Origin: Chiloscyllium plagiosum
Lineage: Eukaryota
Direction: 5' to 3'
DNA length: 64,000 nt
NCBI RefSeq assembly: GCF_004010195.1
Contig: NC_057720.1
Span: 30,103,829 to 30,167,828 of the forward strand
Shown here: positions 1 to 13,686 of the stretch, piece by piece
Layout: each line of letters begins with the position of its first letter
How positions within the stretch are numbered: position 1 is the first letter of the stretch
Notes under the pieces: generated by a model
Told to the model about the DNA's origin: nothing
What the model saw: the letters and a program-made list of their open reading frames with translations, nothing else
Database searches by the model: none
Translations under genes and position numbers: made by a program

Positions 1-500
1 GTCCATCCTCTGCAAAGCACAAGTCAGGAGTGTGATGGAATACTCCCCACTAGCTTGAATGAGGGCAGCTCCAACAACTCTTAAGAATATTGACTCTTTC
101 CAGGACAAAACAACTCACTTGACTGGCATCCCATTCACAAATATTCACTTCCTCCACCACTGACACTCAGTAGTAGCAGCAGCAGTATTTATTATCTCCA
201 AGATGCAATACAGAAATTCACCAAGGCTCCTCAGGCAACACCTTCCAAGCCCAGCACCACCTCCATCTAGAAGGACAAGGACAGCAGAAACATGGGAACA
301 TCATTGCCTGCAACCTCTACTCCAAGCCATCATTCTGACTTGGAAATATAATGGTGTTCCCTAAGTGTCACTGGGTCAAAATTCTGGAACACCCGCCCTA
401 ACAGCTTTGAGGGTCTACCAACACAAATGCACTGCAGCCGTTCAAAAAGGCAGCTTACCACCACTTTCTCAAGGGCATCTTGGAATGCACAATAAATGAT
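1..500 (+). mobile_element. 3' fragment of an old CR1/L2-group LINE (KAQVRSVMEYSPLA family)
   Basis: Translates to a KAQVRSVMEYSPLA-like RT C-terminus. Related fragments at about 20400-20950(+), 43500-43860(-), 47430-48320(+) and 59640-59890(-). Confidence 0.7.
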
Positions 501-1239
501 TAAACAAATACACTTCTTTCCAATCTTCTACACCTTCAACATTCCCTGCACCCATGTAATGTCCACAGAGAAAATATTAGCTTAGTACGGAAAAATGTAC
601 TTAGGAGAACTCTTCTCTGACCCAGTTGAGGAAATCAAAACGAATCCTGAAGATCAAATGAACCAAATAACTGAACCAGTCAGGAACCAGTCCAATTCCT
701 TTTTGATTATGTGCAGAAACTGGTGTGAGAGAGTGGGGGATCAGTTCTCTCAAGAAAACTAGTTTACTAGAATCTTTCAATGGAATAATTTGAATATTGG
801 GTGTACCCAAATGGATATTGCCTACGTGGATTTTCAGAAAGAATCTGATGACCTGATATATGCTTACCATTTAAAACAGAATACCGTGAAATCTGAGGGA
901 CTGTTATCAGTGATGGTGGGTCTACCTGGAGACCTGCAGCCAGTGGAGCCCCACAGTTCCTTTCCTGTCTGTCATTTTCAAATCTCTGTATGTTGCCTCA
1001 CATGCCATTCAAAACTAGGAACTCACTAAATGGCCCAATCCTGAAAATTATTTATTTTCATGCCTTCCCAAATTGTGTTTCCAGTGTCTGTGTTGGGTGT
1101 TTGGATAAGGGGGCAGGGAAGTAAGATTAATTAAAAACAAATCATTGCTTAGTCCATTCAATCTTTCTTGACCATCCCTCCTCACCCTCCCTCTACCTCC
1201 AGGAATTTCTCCATTCTCTTTGAGGATTAGTAAGCACAC

Positions 1240-1365
1240 CGTGTGTCCAGCTTTTTCCAGTAGTTCTTTGGTTTCCAGGACGGCTCGCTTCATGCTCGGG
1301 GTCGGGATCCAATACTCATCATTTTCAAAATAACCTATCCTCAATCGTTTCGTGTTGGTGTACAT
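1240..1365 (-). CDS. FAAH: FAAH-like exon 8 (126 nt, MYTNTKRLRIGYFENDEYWIPTPSMKRAVLETKELLEKAGHT); gene continues beyond window start
   Basis: TTTTTTCAG acceptor, GTGTGC donor. Matches FAAH LRVGYYETD...RRAVLETKQSLEAAGHT. Confidence 0.95.
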
Positions 1366-1444
1366 CTGAAAAAAAGTTTTAAATTCAAAAAATGTAATGT
1401 AACTTTTTTTTTTGCAAAACATGTCCTCAATATCGAAACTTGTC

Positions 1445-1637
1445 AAGAGTGTGGTGCTGAAAAAGCACAGTCAGTCAGATAGCACCCGAGGAGCAGGAGC
1501 AGGAGCAGGATTCCTGATGAAGGGCTTATGCCAGAAACGTCGATTCTCCTGTCCTCGGATGCTGCCTGAACAACTGTGCTTTTCCAGCACCACACCCTGG
1601 ACTCTGATCTCCAACATCTGCAGTCCCCACTTTCTCC
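1445..1637 (+). mobile_element. Penelope-derived hairpin insert, family A, with hammerhead core at 1510-1545
   Basis: Inverted arms (gtgtggtgctgaaaaagcacag / ctgtgcttttccagcaccacac); CTGATGA-aGGGCttatGCCA-GAAA-CG-TC; imperfect TSD tcc(t)caatatcgaaac/tccttaatactgaaac. Confidence 0.75.
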
Positions 1638-2632
1638 TCCTTAATACTGAAACAGTCAACATTTTCACAACTGGCAAGTAACATACAGAGGGATGTGGAG
1701 CACTGTGACAAGATTACCCATGGAACAATGCATGGAGCATGGAACTCTGACATTGCACCTCATCGTATTGAAAGCGCCACCAGTCATGTTGCAAAGGACT
1801 TTGCAAATTTCTGCATGAGTACTGAATCCTTCTTCAGCTAGCTTCACGTCAATAATGAAAGGAATCTTTCCATACAAGATAGCCGTACCCTATACTTACA
1901 GTTGAAGTTGAGAGGGGATGAGTTCAGTGTCCCTATGCAGCCTCTTAGGAATCACATTTTGCTTTATGCTTTCTAGCCCACATCAGCCACAAATCATTGC
2001 TTAGTCCATTCAATCTTTCTTGACCATCCCTCCTTACACTCCCTCTACCTCCAGGAATTTCTCTATTCTCTTTGAGGATTAGTAAGCACTTTCAAGGTTT
2101 CATTGGATTCTTTCAGCCACACAGCAATGCCCACCTCCAATCTGCAATGACTATGACATATTGTACAATAGAGCAGGCTTAATAGCCCCTGTGGTCCTAC
2201 GTTCTTCATGAGGGTTAAAATTTCAGGTTCAGTAGAGAAAGTGAGATATTGTAGTTGAATGATGAATGCAAGAGAGCTCAAAGGAATCTCTGAATCTGCC
2301 CACACCGATCTTTATTCCTCTCACTTATAAATTTTGAAAATTACAAAGAAACACTTGGGTTTTCATTTCCACTTATTTTAATGGATAAAATATTGAGCAT
2401 CCCCTGTATAAAAGGACAATCCTGTCCACACTGCCACTGTGGACACCTGGAAAAATAACCAACTCAACGATGCTACGATGCACCAAACAAGGCATAAGCT
2501 TTCCCACAGATACCGAGAACAAACATTAAAATGTTCCACAACTTCCGTCTTTCTTCATTGCCCTCTGTGGCTGAACTTTATGATACACCTCTTTAAAGTC
2601 TGCTTTAACTCTAAACAGTGTTTCAATCATTA

Positions 2633-2930
2633 GGCAAAAGTGAATACTGCAGATGCTGGAGATTAGAGTCAAGAGTGTGGTGCTGGAAAAGCACAGCACG
2701 CCACACAGCATCTGAGGAGCAGGAAAATCAACATTTTGGGCAAAAGCCCTTCATCAGGAATGAGACTGGGAGCCTCGGGGATGGAGAGATAAATTGGAGG
2801 GGATGGGGATGGAGTTGGGGGTAAGGTAGCTGAGAGTGCAATAGGTGGGGATGAAGGTGATAGGTCAGAGGAGAGGGTGGACCGGATAAGTGGGAAGGAA
2901 GATGGACAGATGGGGTGGGTCATGAGGACA
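2633..2930 (-). mobile_element. Penelope-like 3' end / pseudo-LTR, family A, with decayed hammerhead at 2726-2761
   Basis: Same terminal sequence as other family A copies plus a purine-rich extension. The GAAA core is mutated by CpG-type decay. Confidence 0.7.
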
Positions 2931-3960
2931 TTGTAAGTATCTGACCTACTTCCACAATATTGTCTGTTTCTACCCTTACCTAATTGTCAACCCTGTCATG
3001 CTTCTGTTTTCTTCAGGTTGACGTCTTGACGATGTGCTTTGGAATACTGCAGAACTCACTGCTACGTGAACTTCAGGTTAACTGAAGTTATAAGTTCCAT
3101 TCTCTAGCTGACCTTGTCTTTGTCATCCACTGCTGGCTTCCAATTTCTAAAGGCATCAGATTCAAAGGGATTGAATCTAATGGTGACTTGAACAGTCCCA
3201 GTCATAGGCTAGAAAGTTAGCTACTTACTGCAGCCACTTTCAGAATTCAATGTCAGTCAGAGAATGAACTAACTCAGGACAGGTATTTAACTCCTTTAAG
3301 GGTAAGGGGGCTCTCCATGGATCACAAGGGTTCCCAAATAAAGTGGTCTCATCAAGCCCACAGGGAAACTGCCATCTTTTATGGGTAACCTCCCCCCATA
3401 TTGGTGTAAATATGGTGGAAAAGAAGCAACATCTGGGATTAAGCCTTTTATTAGCCTCTGGGCAGGAGAACCATCCTTCATCTTCCACAGCCCTGACTTA
3501 ATTGGAGGGGATGAGGTAGGCAAAGGACCTCAATCCCTTTCCCCACCTTCCTTCCTTTTCTTCAGCCTATACACCCTGCCAGTATCTCAAACCCAGCTGG
3601 GGGAGGTAAATTCTGCCCGAAATGTCTAACTTTGTTACCAGTCTCTTCACTTCTGTGAGTTTCTTTAATCCTACGTTCCAGTTTGGTCCCGTGACTTCCA
3701 TCTCTGTACTTCATTCCTTCGACACAGCCATCTTGTTTCAATCTTTAAAAAATACCCTTTTTAAGCCCAGCGTTCAGCAAGCTATCCCCAACTTCAAAAA
3801 GAACCTTCAACCTCAGCTGTCGTTTCAGTCATCATAATTGAATGTATTATAATTTTTCTTGAATTGATTACTTCTCAGAATCTATTTCATTTTGAAACTC
3901 TTTGGAGCATTTAATACCTGAAAGCTGCAATATAAAGGTAAACAGTTGTTGTTGTGTTAC

Positions 3961-4085
3961 CTGTTCATTGAAGGGAATGGGTGGCACAGAGGGATCCAAA
4001 TGGAACATATCTTCACATAAGAGAGCTTTCATGCACAATGCCAAGCTATCTACATCTTTGGCTAATGGACCAACCATTGACTCAA
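3961..4085 (-). CDS. FAAH: FAAH-like exon 7 (125 nt, ESMVGPLAKDVDSLALCMKALLCEDMFHLDPSVPPIPFNEQ)
   Basis: TTTTCCAG acceptor, GTAAC donor. Very close to FAAH VGPMARDVESLALCLRALLCEDMFRLDPTVPPLPF. Confidence 0.97.
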
Positions 4086-4199
4086 CTGGAAAACAATCAA
4101 TATATCACTCAAAATTCATATTCATTACGATAATGCAAGAAAAACTGAATTATACAACTTCAGATTTATGAAGAATGAAAATTCACCCCACTCTTTTGT

Positions 4200-4680
4200 T
4201 ACTTAATGGTAAGGTCCTAGGGAGTGTTGCTGAACAAAGAGACCTTGGAGTGCAGGTTCACAGCTCCTTGAAAGTGGAGTTGCAGGTAGATAGGATAGTG
4301 AAGAAGGCATTTGGTATGCTTTCTTTTATTGGTCAGAGTATTGAGTACAGGAGTTGGGAGGACATGTTGCGGCTGTAGGGATTCCAGAACTAGAGGGCAT
4401 AGGTTTAGGGTGAGAGGGGAAAGATATAAAAGAGACCTAAGGGGCAACTTTTTCATGCAGAGGGTGGTATGTGTATGGAATGAGCTGCCAGAGGAAGTGG
4501 TGGAGGCTGGTACAATTGCAACATTTAAGAGGCATTTGGATGGGCATATGAATAGGAAGGGTTTGGAGGGATATGGGCCGGGTGCTGGCAGGTGGGATTA
4601 GGTTGGGTTGGGATATCTGGTCGGCATGGACTGGTTGGACCGAAGGGTCTGTTTCCATGCTGTACATCTCTATGACTCTA
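4200..4680 (+). mobile_element. CR1 (HER1-like) LINE 3' fragment with internal deletion
   Basis: QRDLGVQVHSSLK...WNELPEEVV peptides and a ctctatgactcta tail. Confidence 0.92.
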
Positions 4681-4689
4681 TCAGGATTA

Positions 4690-5750
4690 CGAATAGGTTT
4701 GGTAATGTAGATACAGAGGTGTACAATTGCAGTAAAATATCCAATACTTATGTCCCCTTCCTCTTCCAATTAACGTAAATATTCCATTAGTCCTCCTAAT
4801 TACCTGCAGAATCTGCATGCTAACCTTCATGATTTATATAATTAGCAACACCTTGATGCATCTGTACAATCACTTTGCAGCCTCTACCCATTTAAACAAA
4901 AAACTGCTGTTCCATTCAGCCTGCCAAAGTGGACAAGGTCACATTTTCCCACAACATACCCACCTGCCAATTTTTTGCCCATTCATTTAACCTATTTATT
5001 CTTTTTTATTCTTTCACAGGGTGTGGATGCCGCTAGTTGAGCCAGAATTTGCTGTCCATCCCTAGTTGCCCTTCAAAAGATCATAATGAGCTAATGTAAT
5101 GTATTCATTTACAGACAGTCTACCTCTTTTTCACATTTAATTTACTAATTTGTCTTTTGAAAATTTAGCTACCACACAATCTGCCCTTTCATCTAAGTCA
5201 TTGATATAGATAAAGGTAATTGAGGTCCAAGCACTGATCTCTATGGTATTTCACCAGATACAGCCTGCCAACCTGAAAAAAAGCACTTATCCTTGCTTCC
5301 TGTTAATTCTTTATCCATGCTAATATTTTACCCTCTACACCATAAGCTCTCACATTGTCAACAAACCTTTGATGCAGCACCTTATCAACGTTCTTTTGAA
5401 AATCCAAGCTATTCACTTTGTGTGTTATTTTCTGAAAAAACCTCTAACTAGTTAAACATGATTTCCCTTTCCCAAAGCCAAATTGATTGTACATTATCAC
5501 GTTCTGATTTTCTAACAATCCTGCTGCAAACTGTTTAATAGTGGATTTCTCCAAGACAGATGTTAGGCTAATTAGCTTACAGTTTCCTGCTTTCTGTCTG
5601 CCTCATTTCTTGAACAAAAACAAAGATATTGCACAAACTATTTTCTAATCCACGACAAAAAATCTGAGGATTGTTTGAAGATGATAATCAACACATCTAC
5701 CATCTCTGCAGCCACTTGTTTAAGTCCTTGGGATGGAGGTCACCTGATCC
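4690..5750 (-). mobile_element. Old, decayed CR1 RT fragment
   Basis: Reverse-strand remnants of CR1 RT motifs (e.g. ccaaagtggacaaggtcacattttcccac, caccttatcaacgttcttttgaaaatccaa). Confidence 0.6.
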
Positions 5751-8098
5751 CGATGGTGATTGTCTTATATTCATTCCTCCTGTTAACCTCTTCATTTGCT
5801 TTGTTAAGTTTTCTAAGTCTTCTACAGTGAAGCCAACACAAAAAGACTGCCATTTCCTTAATCTTTTCTCTCTCCTGCATCTCTAATTCCAAAATGTTCT
5901 TTTGCTTTCTTTCTCCTCAATTTCAATTCTTAAGTTCCATTTCCACTTTCATTTCACTCCTTTAGATTCAATAGCATTCTTGTTAACTCAAGTGGCTCAC
6001 TATTAGTTAACTAGTCCCAAATTCTGAGCTAATGTGTTAATTTTCTGCACATTCTTAGTTTTTGTGGGAAATTTCACCTTTAACTCCTTTGTCAATTCTA
6101 TGTCTGCATTCAAAGAACCAACACTGAGCCTTCAGACTTTAATCATGACCCTGACGAGAGAGGTGTGGTGGAAAACAAGCCTTTCTATTCCAGGAGTTGT
6201 CACAAATGTAATAATCAGTTCAGTCACTTTGATCGCTATCTAAAATGAAAGAAACTCAAACCAGGTTTCATCAAAACAAAAACACTTGTTTATTATCAGC
6301 AAACTTATCCTTTAACAAATGGCAAAATGGATTATTAGTTACCAATATGCAAACTTGAACTACATCCTCTTTAAATCCCAATGCACATAAATCTTCACTT
6401 ACAAATAGGACAGAGAGTTCTGCAGACAAAAATCACAGTGGAAACATAGACAGAAAGAAACAAATTGTGTGCATCATGAAACCAAACAACAAGGGTGGAG
6501 CACAATGCCTTTCTCACAGTTCAAATGGATTTTGGTGATGACATCACTTTGTTGTTGATCCCAGCAATTCTCAATTCAGTAGTCAGCTTGTTGGACCTAG
6601 GTTTTTTTTTGTTGAGCTATAAGTTCTTCTTTTCAAAGTTTTTGGGGTTTCTTTTAGCTCCACTCACTAAGGTTGCAAGAGAGAGAAAAACTTCGTGCAC
6701 AGGCTTTCTGGAGGTCTTCATAAAACTGCCCCTCCTCCCAACTCCATGACAAACTGCTATTTAACTATTAAACCTGTTGCTAGGCCGATTATTTAACTTG
6801 AGGCTACCTGGTACCAGCTAGTCTCACACAAATATGAAATCCAGCTTCTTCAAAAGTTATATGATTTGTGTAACCAGTTAATGAACTACACAGATCCAGA
6901 TTTCACCTTTGAGTTGTAAAAACATAAAAATTGATTCATTCTGTGCAACGCAATAGTGTTCAAACTTCCATTTTCCAAGTTTATCATTGTATGTACATAT
7001 ATCTTTCATAGATGATAATTCCAGATGCTCAACATCAATATTACTCTCATCAACCGTCTCCATCATTTTCATCAAAGAAATATTAATCAGCATATTTTTG
7101 AGTTTCAGGTTATAATAAAATCTCAACCCAAAAAGGTTATAAGGAAGCAGCTATTGAAATAGGAAGAAGACGGATTCTGGGTAATCCAAGATGGAGGACG
7201 GGAAACATTTCTGGCTGGAACAGGCTGCTCGTTGTTTGAGGTATTTTAGGTGTTGGAGGTGATTTCCTTGAATTTCTGGAGCAGCAATTACTGTTTTATA
7301 TGCTGATGCATTGTTTTGGAACTTTGGAGGAAAAAAAGTCAAAACAATGGCACTATTAAAGGGCAGAGGGATAGACAAAGGCAGCACATGGTCAGGTCAG
7401 TGCAGGAGAAAGAGAGTGAGAGAGTGAGAGTGTGAGAGATAGAAACCCACACTGCTAACTGACACATGAGTGAACCTATGCAGTTACTGCCTTTGCTGTT
7501 GAATTCATGTATCGCCGGACATTGGGGTGCATCTGGGAAAATTAACAAACAGTGAAATTCACAACTGATCTTAGAGGAATTTATTTGGGAAAGGTCACAA
7601 CACAGAAAAACATAAGGGAATAGTTTTAATGATAGCCTTGCTGTAAATCTACAATAGTGAGTAGAGTGGGTTCTTTCTTGATTACATGTTTTACTTGAGA
7701 TATGTCTCTTGATTAAAATTAAAAAGATAAGCCATAATGTTAAGTTTGCCTGGAGCAGTATTTTGTAGAGAAATAAGACAGTGTTATGTTCTGGGTCTGT
7801 AGACTTGAAGAAGCTCAAAAGGGCCTACAGTAGAGTGATATGTTCTTCTTGTCAGAGTTGGGGATTTAGGGAGAGTTTATGTGTTACTGAGGATTATATC
7901 TGCAATAAATTCCATTGATTGTGAATCCTATTAGATTGAATGGATCAGTTGGAGTGATAGTTAGAGGCAATGAGGAATTTACAAGAGCAAAGGGGTGTGA
8001 TGGATGGCAGTTATAGGAAGGGAGAAAAGTTGCAGATACAGCCATACAGATGGGTTAACTCCAGGAAAGGTAAAAGAGGTAGGCAGGTAGTGCAGGAG

Positions 8099-8290
8099 CT
8101 GAAAATGAGTTGCTGGAAAAGCGCAGCAGGTCAGGCAGCATCCAGGGAACAGGAGAATCGACGTTTCGGGCATAAGCCCTTCTTCAGGAATGAGGAAAGT
8201 GTGTCCAGCAGGCAAAGATAAAAGGTAGGGAGGAGGGACTTGGGGGAGGGGTGTCGGAAATGCGATAGGTGGAAAGAGGTCAAGGTGAGG
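8099..8290 (-). mobile_element. Penelope-derived insert, family A, nested in CR1 ORF1
   Basis: 9-bp TSD gtgcaggag (8090-8098 / 8291-8299). The CR1 sequence resumes seamlessly when compared with the copy near 56340. Confidence 0.85.
8156..8191 (-). ncRNA. Minimal hammerhead ribozyme motif (family A), sense to the FAAH pre-mRNA
   Basis: Minus strand reads AUUC-CUGAAGA-A-GGGC-UUAU-GCCC-GAAA-CG-UC^GAUU. Confidence 0.7.
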
Positions 8291-9304
8291 GTGCAGGAGT
8301 CTTCTGTGGCTATCCCCATTTCAAAAAAGTATGCTGTTGAGAAAGATGTAGGGAGTGACGAATTGTCAGCGGGATGTAGCACAAACAGCCAGGTTTCTAG
8401 TTTTGGAGTTGGCTCTAATGCAATGAAGGGTAAGTTGGGTTTGAAGAGTTCGATTGTGTCAGGGGACTCTCTAGTCCAAGGTACAGACAGATGTTTCTGT
8501 GGCTAGCAGCGAAAAATCAGAATGGTGTGTTTCATCCCTGGTACCAGGATCAAGGATGTCTCAGAGAAGGTGCAGAATGTTCTGAAGAGGTTGAGGGCCC
8601 AGCAGGAGGTTATTGTACACATTGGAACCAAAGACATGAAGGCAGAAGAATTTATGAGCGAGTGAGAGTGGGAATAGGAGGATAAAGCAGATGAATGCAT
8701 GGCTGAGGAGCTGATGTATGGGAGAAGCATTTACGTTTTTGGTTCATTGGAATTTCTTCTAGGGTAGAAGGGACCTGTAAAAGAATGATGGATTGCACCT
8801 GAATTGGAAGGGGACTAATATACTGACAGGGAGATTTGCTAGAGCTGCTTGGGAGAATTTAAACTAGTGGGATTGGGGGGTGAGGGGACCCAGGGAGATA
8901 GTGAGGAAAGATCAATCTGAGACTGGTACAGTTGAGAACAAAGGCAAGTCAAAGTCAGGGCAGGCAGGGACATAGCAGAGAACAAGGTAGGACTGATAAA
9001 TTAAACCGCATTCATTTCAATGCAAGAGGCCTAACAGGGAAGGCAGATGAGCTCAGAGCATGGTTAGGAACATGGGACTGGGATATCATAGCAATTACAT
9101 AGCAATGGCTCAGGGATGGACAGGACTGGCAGCATAATCTTCCAGAATACAAATGCTACAGGAAGGGCAGAAAGGGAGGCAAGAGAGGCTGGGAGTGGCA
9201 TTTTTGATAAGGGATAGCATTACAGCTGTACTTAGGGAGGATATTCCCAGAAATACATCCTGGGAAGTTATTTGGTTGGAATTGAGAAATAAGAGAGGGA
9301 TGAT

Positions 9305-9442
9305 TTGGAGATGCCGGTGTTTGAGTGGTGTGTACAAAGTTAAACATCACATGACACCAGGTTATAATCCAATAGGTTTAATTGCTAGTGTGCTTCCAAT
9401 TAAACCTGTTGGACTATAATCTGGTGTTGTGTGATTTTTAAC
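9305..9442. mobile_element. Penelope-derived hairpin insert, family B, hammerhead mostly absent, nested in CR1 ORF2
   Basis: 15-bp TSD taaga(g/a)agggatgat; inverted arms caccaggttata...aggtttaatt / aattaaacct...tataatctggtg. Confidence 0.8.
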
Positions 9443-12400
9443 TAAGAAAGGGATGATCACCTTATTGGGATTGTACTATAGAACCCCTAATAGTCAGAGG
9501 AAAATTGAGAAACACATTTGTAAGGAGATTTCAGTTACCTGTAAGAATAATAGGGTGGTTATGGTAGGGGATTTTAACTTTCCAAACATATACTGGGACT
9601 GCCATAGTGTTAAGGATTGAGATGGAAAGGAATTTAAGTACGTACAAGAAAATTTTCTGATTTAATATGTGGATGTACCTACTAGAAAAGGTGCAAAACT
9701 TGACCTACTCTTGGAAATAAGGCAGGGCAGGTGACTGAGGTGTCAGTGGGGAAGTACTTTGGGTCCAGTGACCATAATTCTGTTAGTTTTAAAATAGTCA
9801 TGGAAAAGAATAGACCAGATCTAAAAGTTGAAGTTCTAAATTGGGCTAATTTTGACAGTATTAGGCAAGAACTTTCAAAAGCTGATTGAGGGCAGACGTT
9901 CACAGATAAAGGGACGGCTGGAAAATGGGAAGCCTTTAGAAATGAGATAACGAGAGTCCAGAGACAGTATATTCCTCTTAGGATGAAAGAAATGGTTGGT
10001 AGGTATAGGGAATGCTGGATGACTAACGAATTTGAGAGTTTGGTTCAGTAAAAGAAAGAAGCATATAGACAGGATAGATCGAGTAAATTCTCAGAAGAGT
10101 ATAAAGGCAGTTGGAGTATACTTAAGAGGGACATGATATAGCTTTGGCAAATAGGGTTAGGTAGAATTCAAAGGGTTTTTACAAATACCTTAAGGACAAA
10201 AGGGTAACTACGGAGCAAATAGGGTCTCTCAAAGATCACCAAGGAGGCCTTTTAGTGGAGCCGCAGGAGATGGGGGAGATACTAAATGAGTACTTTGTAT
10301 TAGTGTTTACTGTGGAGAAGGACATGGAAGATGTAGAATGTAAGGAAATAGATGGTGACATCTTGAAAAATGTCCATATTACAAAGAAGGAGGTACTGGA
10401 TGTCTTGAAACGCATGAAAGTGGATAAATCCCCAGGATCTGATCAGGTGTACCCTAGAACTCTGTGGGAAGCTCGGGAAGTGATTGCTGGGCCCCTTGCT
10501 GAGATATTTGAATTGTTGATAGCACAGGTGAGGTGCCAGGAGACTGGAGGTTGGCTAACGTGGTGCCACTATTTAAGAAAGGTGGTCAGGACAAGTCAGA
10601 GAACTATAGACCAGTGAGCCTGACATCAATGGTCGGCAAGTTATTGGAAGGAATCCTGAGGGACAGAATGTACAAGTATTTGGAAAGGCAAGGACTGCTT
10701 AGGGTAGTCAACATTGCTTTGTGTGTAGGAAATCATGTCTCGCAAACTTGATTGTGTTTTTTGAAGAAGTAACAAAGAGGATTGATGAGGGCAGAACGGT
10801 AGTCGTGATCTAGATGGACTTTAGTAAGGCATTTGACAAGGTCCCCCTTTGGAGACTGGTTAGCAAGGCTAGATCTCATGGAATACAGGGAGAACTAGCT
10901 ATTTAGATACAGAACTGGCTCGAAGGTAGAAAACAGAGAGTGGTGGTGAAGGGTTGTTTTTCAGACTGGAGGCCTGTGACTAGTGGAGTGCCACAAGGGT
11001 CGGTGCTGGGTCCACTACTTTTCGTCATTTATATAAATGATTTGGATATGAGCATAAGCGATATAGTTAGTAAGTTTGCAGATGACACCAAAATCGAAGG
11101 TGTAGTGGACAGCGAAGAAAGTTACCTCAGATTACAACAGGATCTTGATCAGATGGGCTAATGGGCCAAGGATTGGCAGATGGAGTTTAATTTAGTTAAA
11201 TGTGATGTGCTGCATTTTGGGAAAGCAAATCTTAGCAGAATTTTATACACTTAATGGTAATGTCCTAGGGAGTGTTGCTTGGAGACCTTGGAGTGCAGGT
11301 TCACAGTTCCTTGAAAGTGGAGTTGCAGGTAGACAGCATAGTGAAGAAGGCGTTTGGTATGCTTTTCGTTATTGGACAGAGTATTGAGTAGAGGAGTTGG
11401 GAGGTTATGTTGCAGCTGTACAGGACGCTGATTCGGCCACTTTTGGAATATTGTGTGCAATTCTGGTTTCCTTCCTATCGGAAGGATGTTGTGAAATTTC
11501 AAAGGGTTCAGAAAAGATTTATAAGAATGTTGCCAGGGTTGAAGGATTTGAGCTATTATGGAGCGGTTGAATAGGGTAGGGCTGTTTTCCCTGGAATATT
11601 GAAGGCTGAGAAGTGACGTTGTCGAAGTTTATAAAATCATAAAGAGCATGAATAGGATAAATAGACAAAGTGTTTTCCCTGGGGTCAGGGAGTCCAGAAC
11701 TAGAGGGCATTGGTTTAGGGTGAGTGGGGAAAGATATAAAAGAGACCTAAGGGACAATGTTTTTACGCAGAGCATGGTACATTTATGCAATGAGCTGCCT
11801 GAGGAAGTGGTGGTGGCTAGTACAATTGCAACATTTAAAAGACATCTGGATGGGTATATGAAAAGGAAGGGTTTGGAAGGATATATGCTAGGTGCTGGCA
11901 AGTGGGACAACATTAGGTTGGGATATGTGGTTGGCATGGATGAGTTGGACCGAAGAGTCTGTTTCTGTGCTGTACATCTCTATGACTCTATAAGGAACAC
12001 TGTATAGGGATTAACTGGCAAGCAAAACTAGAAAGTAAACTATGATAAAACCAGAGTACATTGAAATTGTTTCACGGACTATAAAAATAAATTAAGGCCA
12101 TATTTATAAATTAACAACATTGATATGAGCTTGCCCACTGGGATCACATTATTGGAAGTTAGGGCACAAGCACCATGACTCAGATTTCATAGTCAGTGTG
12201 AAACAAGCTCACCCTTGGCCTTAAAGAAGGCGTCACTGAAAGATCTGACAATCTCTGTTGTGAGAACCTTTGCTTTGCCATGTTGTTTAATGGAGATTCA
12301 CAGCATCAAGCTTCAGTGAGGAAATCAAACTGTCCTAGTAGTTAATCACATTAAAATATTCTCATCCACCACCCACCAGCAAACAAAAAGCACAAAAAAG

Positions 12401-13686
12401 CAAATCCTTTGTCAAATCTTGATATAAAAGTTGGATCATAAATATTAGGGTAAAGGTACAAGCTGAAATATCATAAACAACCTTTAAAATGTGATTATTT
12501 AATAAAAGCTAGTTTTAGAAATCTAGTTAATAATCATAACATAGCTTTTCACAATATTCCACATATTCTTCAACAAAAAAATCACTTGATCAGTAATTGT
12601 TATTCCTGAAATGACTGTCAAACACTCAATTATACCTCATTGAAAAATAATAAAGCATTTTTCAATGGAGAGGGCAATTTTAAGTGATACAAGAGTGAAA
12701 AGGGGAAATTCAATTGATTTTACTGATCACCAGCTCCAGAAAGGGGGACAATAGTCTAGGGAGATTGCCCACAATCGAGAACAAAGCCTGTAGCAGTGGT
12801 AGAAGAGAGACAGATGGTAACATCAAGATTTCTGCAGTCAGATTCAGAGGGATAATGGCAACAAACACTGACAGGTTACTACCAATGGCTCAAAAGTGCT
12901 GGGACTATTGTTTTCCAGCACTAATTTCAGGATTGGAAATTGGAAACGAGGTTTTTACTTTGAGCAGGAGAATAAACCAGGTAACAGTGAATTGACATTG
13001 CCGTCTCCATTTCTCCAGATTTTTATTTCCATTATATTGAAAGGATCTCAGATCTTTTTTCCAGCTGTTTCACATGACCTCACAAAGTAAGAAGTGTCCA
13101 CAGACATAATGTGGGTGTCAAGACAGTTCACCCTCGTGAGAAAATTAAGTCCCACTATTTCAGAGTAACATTGTGTTTCTTTATTCTCTCTCTGTCTAGT
13201 ATGTTAATAGCAATCTTACAAAACTGTATAAGTTATGGCCATTTGTCCCTTGGAACATAGAAGAATGATAGGTGATCTTATTCAAAATATATTAAATTCT
13301 TAACAGATTTGACAAGGTAGGTGCTGAGAAAATGTTCCCCTGACTGGGGTGCCAAAATAAAGGGTCAATCAATTTGGATGGAGAGGGGGAAGGTAATGAA
13401 TCTTTGAAACATTTCCACCTGGATATTCATTGGCAGCAAAATCAAGAAGAAAATCATGTGCTTGTATGTAAATAGCTTTCAGTTATGTAATTGCTGTAAG
13501 GGCAATAGGTTAATTATGGATTACATACTTTGAACCACTATGTTTACAGACTGGCTGTCTGTTGATGGGAGCAATTCTGTATGATGTAAGGTGATGGCAT
13601 ATAGGACAAAGGCACTAAGATTATCTTCTACAGTGTATTTCAAGTTCAGTTTTTATGGAAGTTTGGACTATACTGGCTGTAATAAT

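Larger units (their letters stand above)
7170..11991 (+). mobile_element. Near full-length CR1 LINE (5'UTR, ORF1 zinc finger + esterase, ORF2 APE-RT), disrupted
   Basis: ORF1 SGDSLVQGTDRCFCG; ORF2 [27 protein letters not shown]; 3' ctatgactctat tail. Many stops and frameshifts; two nested Penelope-derived inserts. Confidence 0.95.

Noticed and set aside
601..1029. ORFs 601-870 and 790-1029 as FAAH exon 9 or a separate gene
   Set aside because: No FAAH exon 9-like peptide. MDIAYVDFQK is a CR1 RT remnant.
3241..3620. Possible MITE with cagaatt / aattctgccc ends
   Set aside because: The inverted match is too short and there is no TSD.
6199..6900. Possible solo LTR (TGTCAC start, minus-strand AATAAA)
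   Set aside because: No matching terminus or TSD could be identified.
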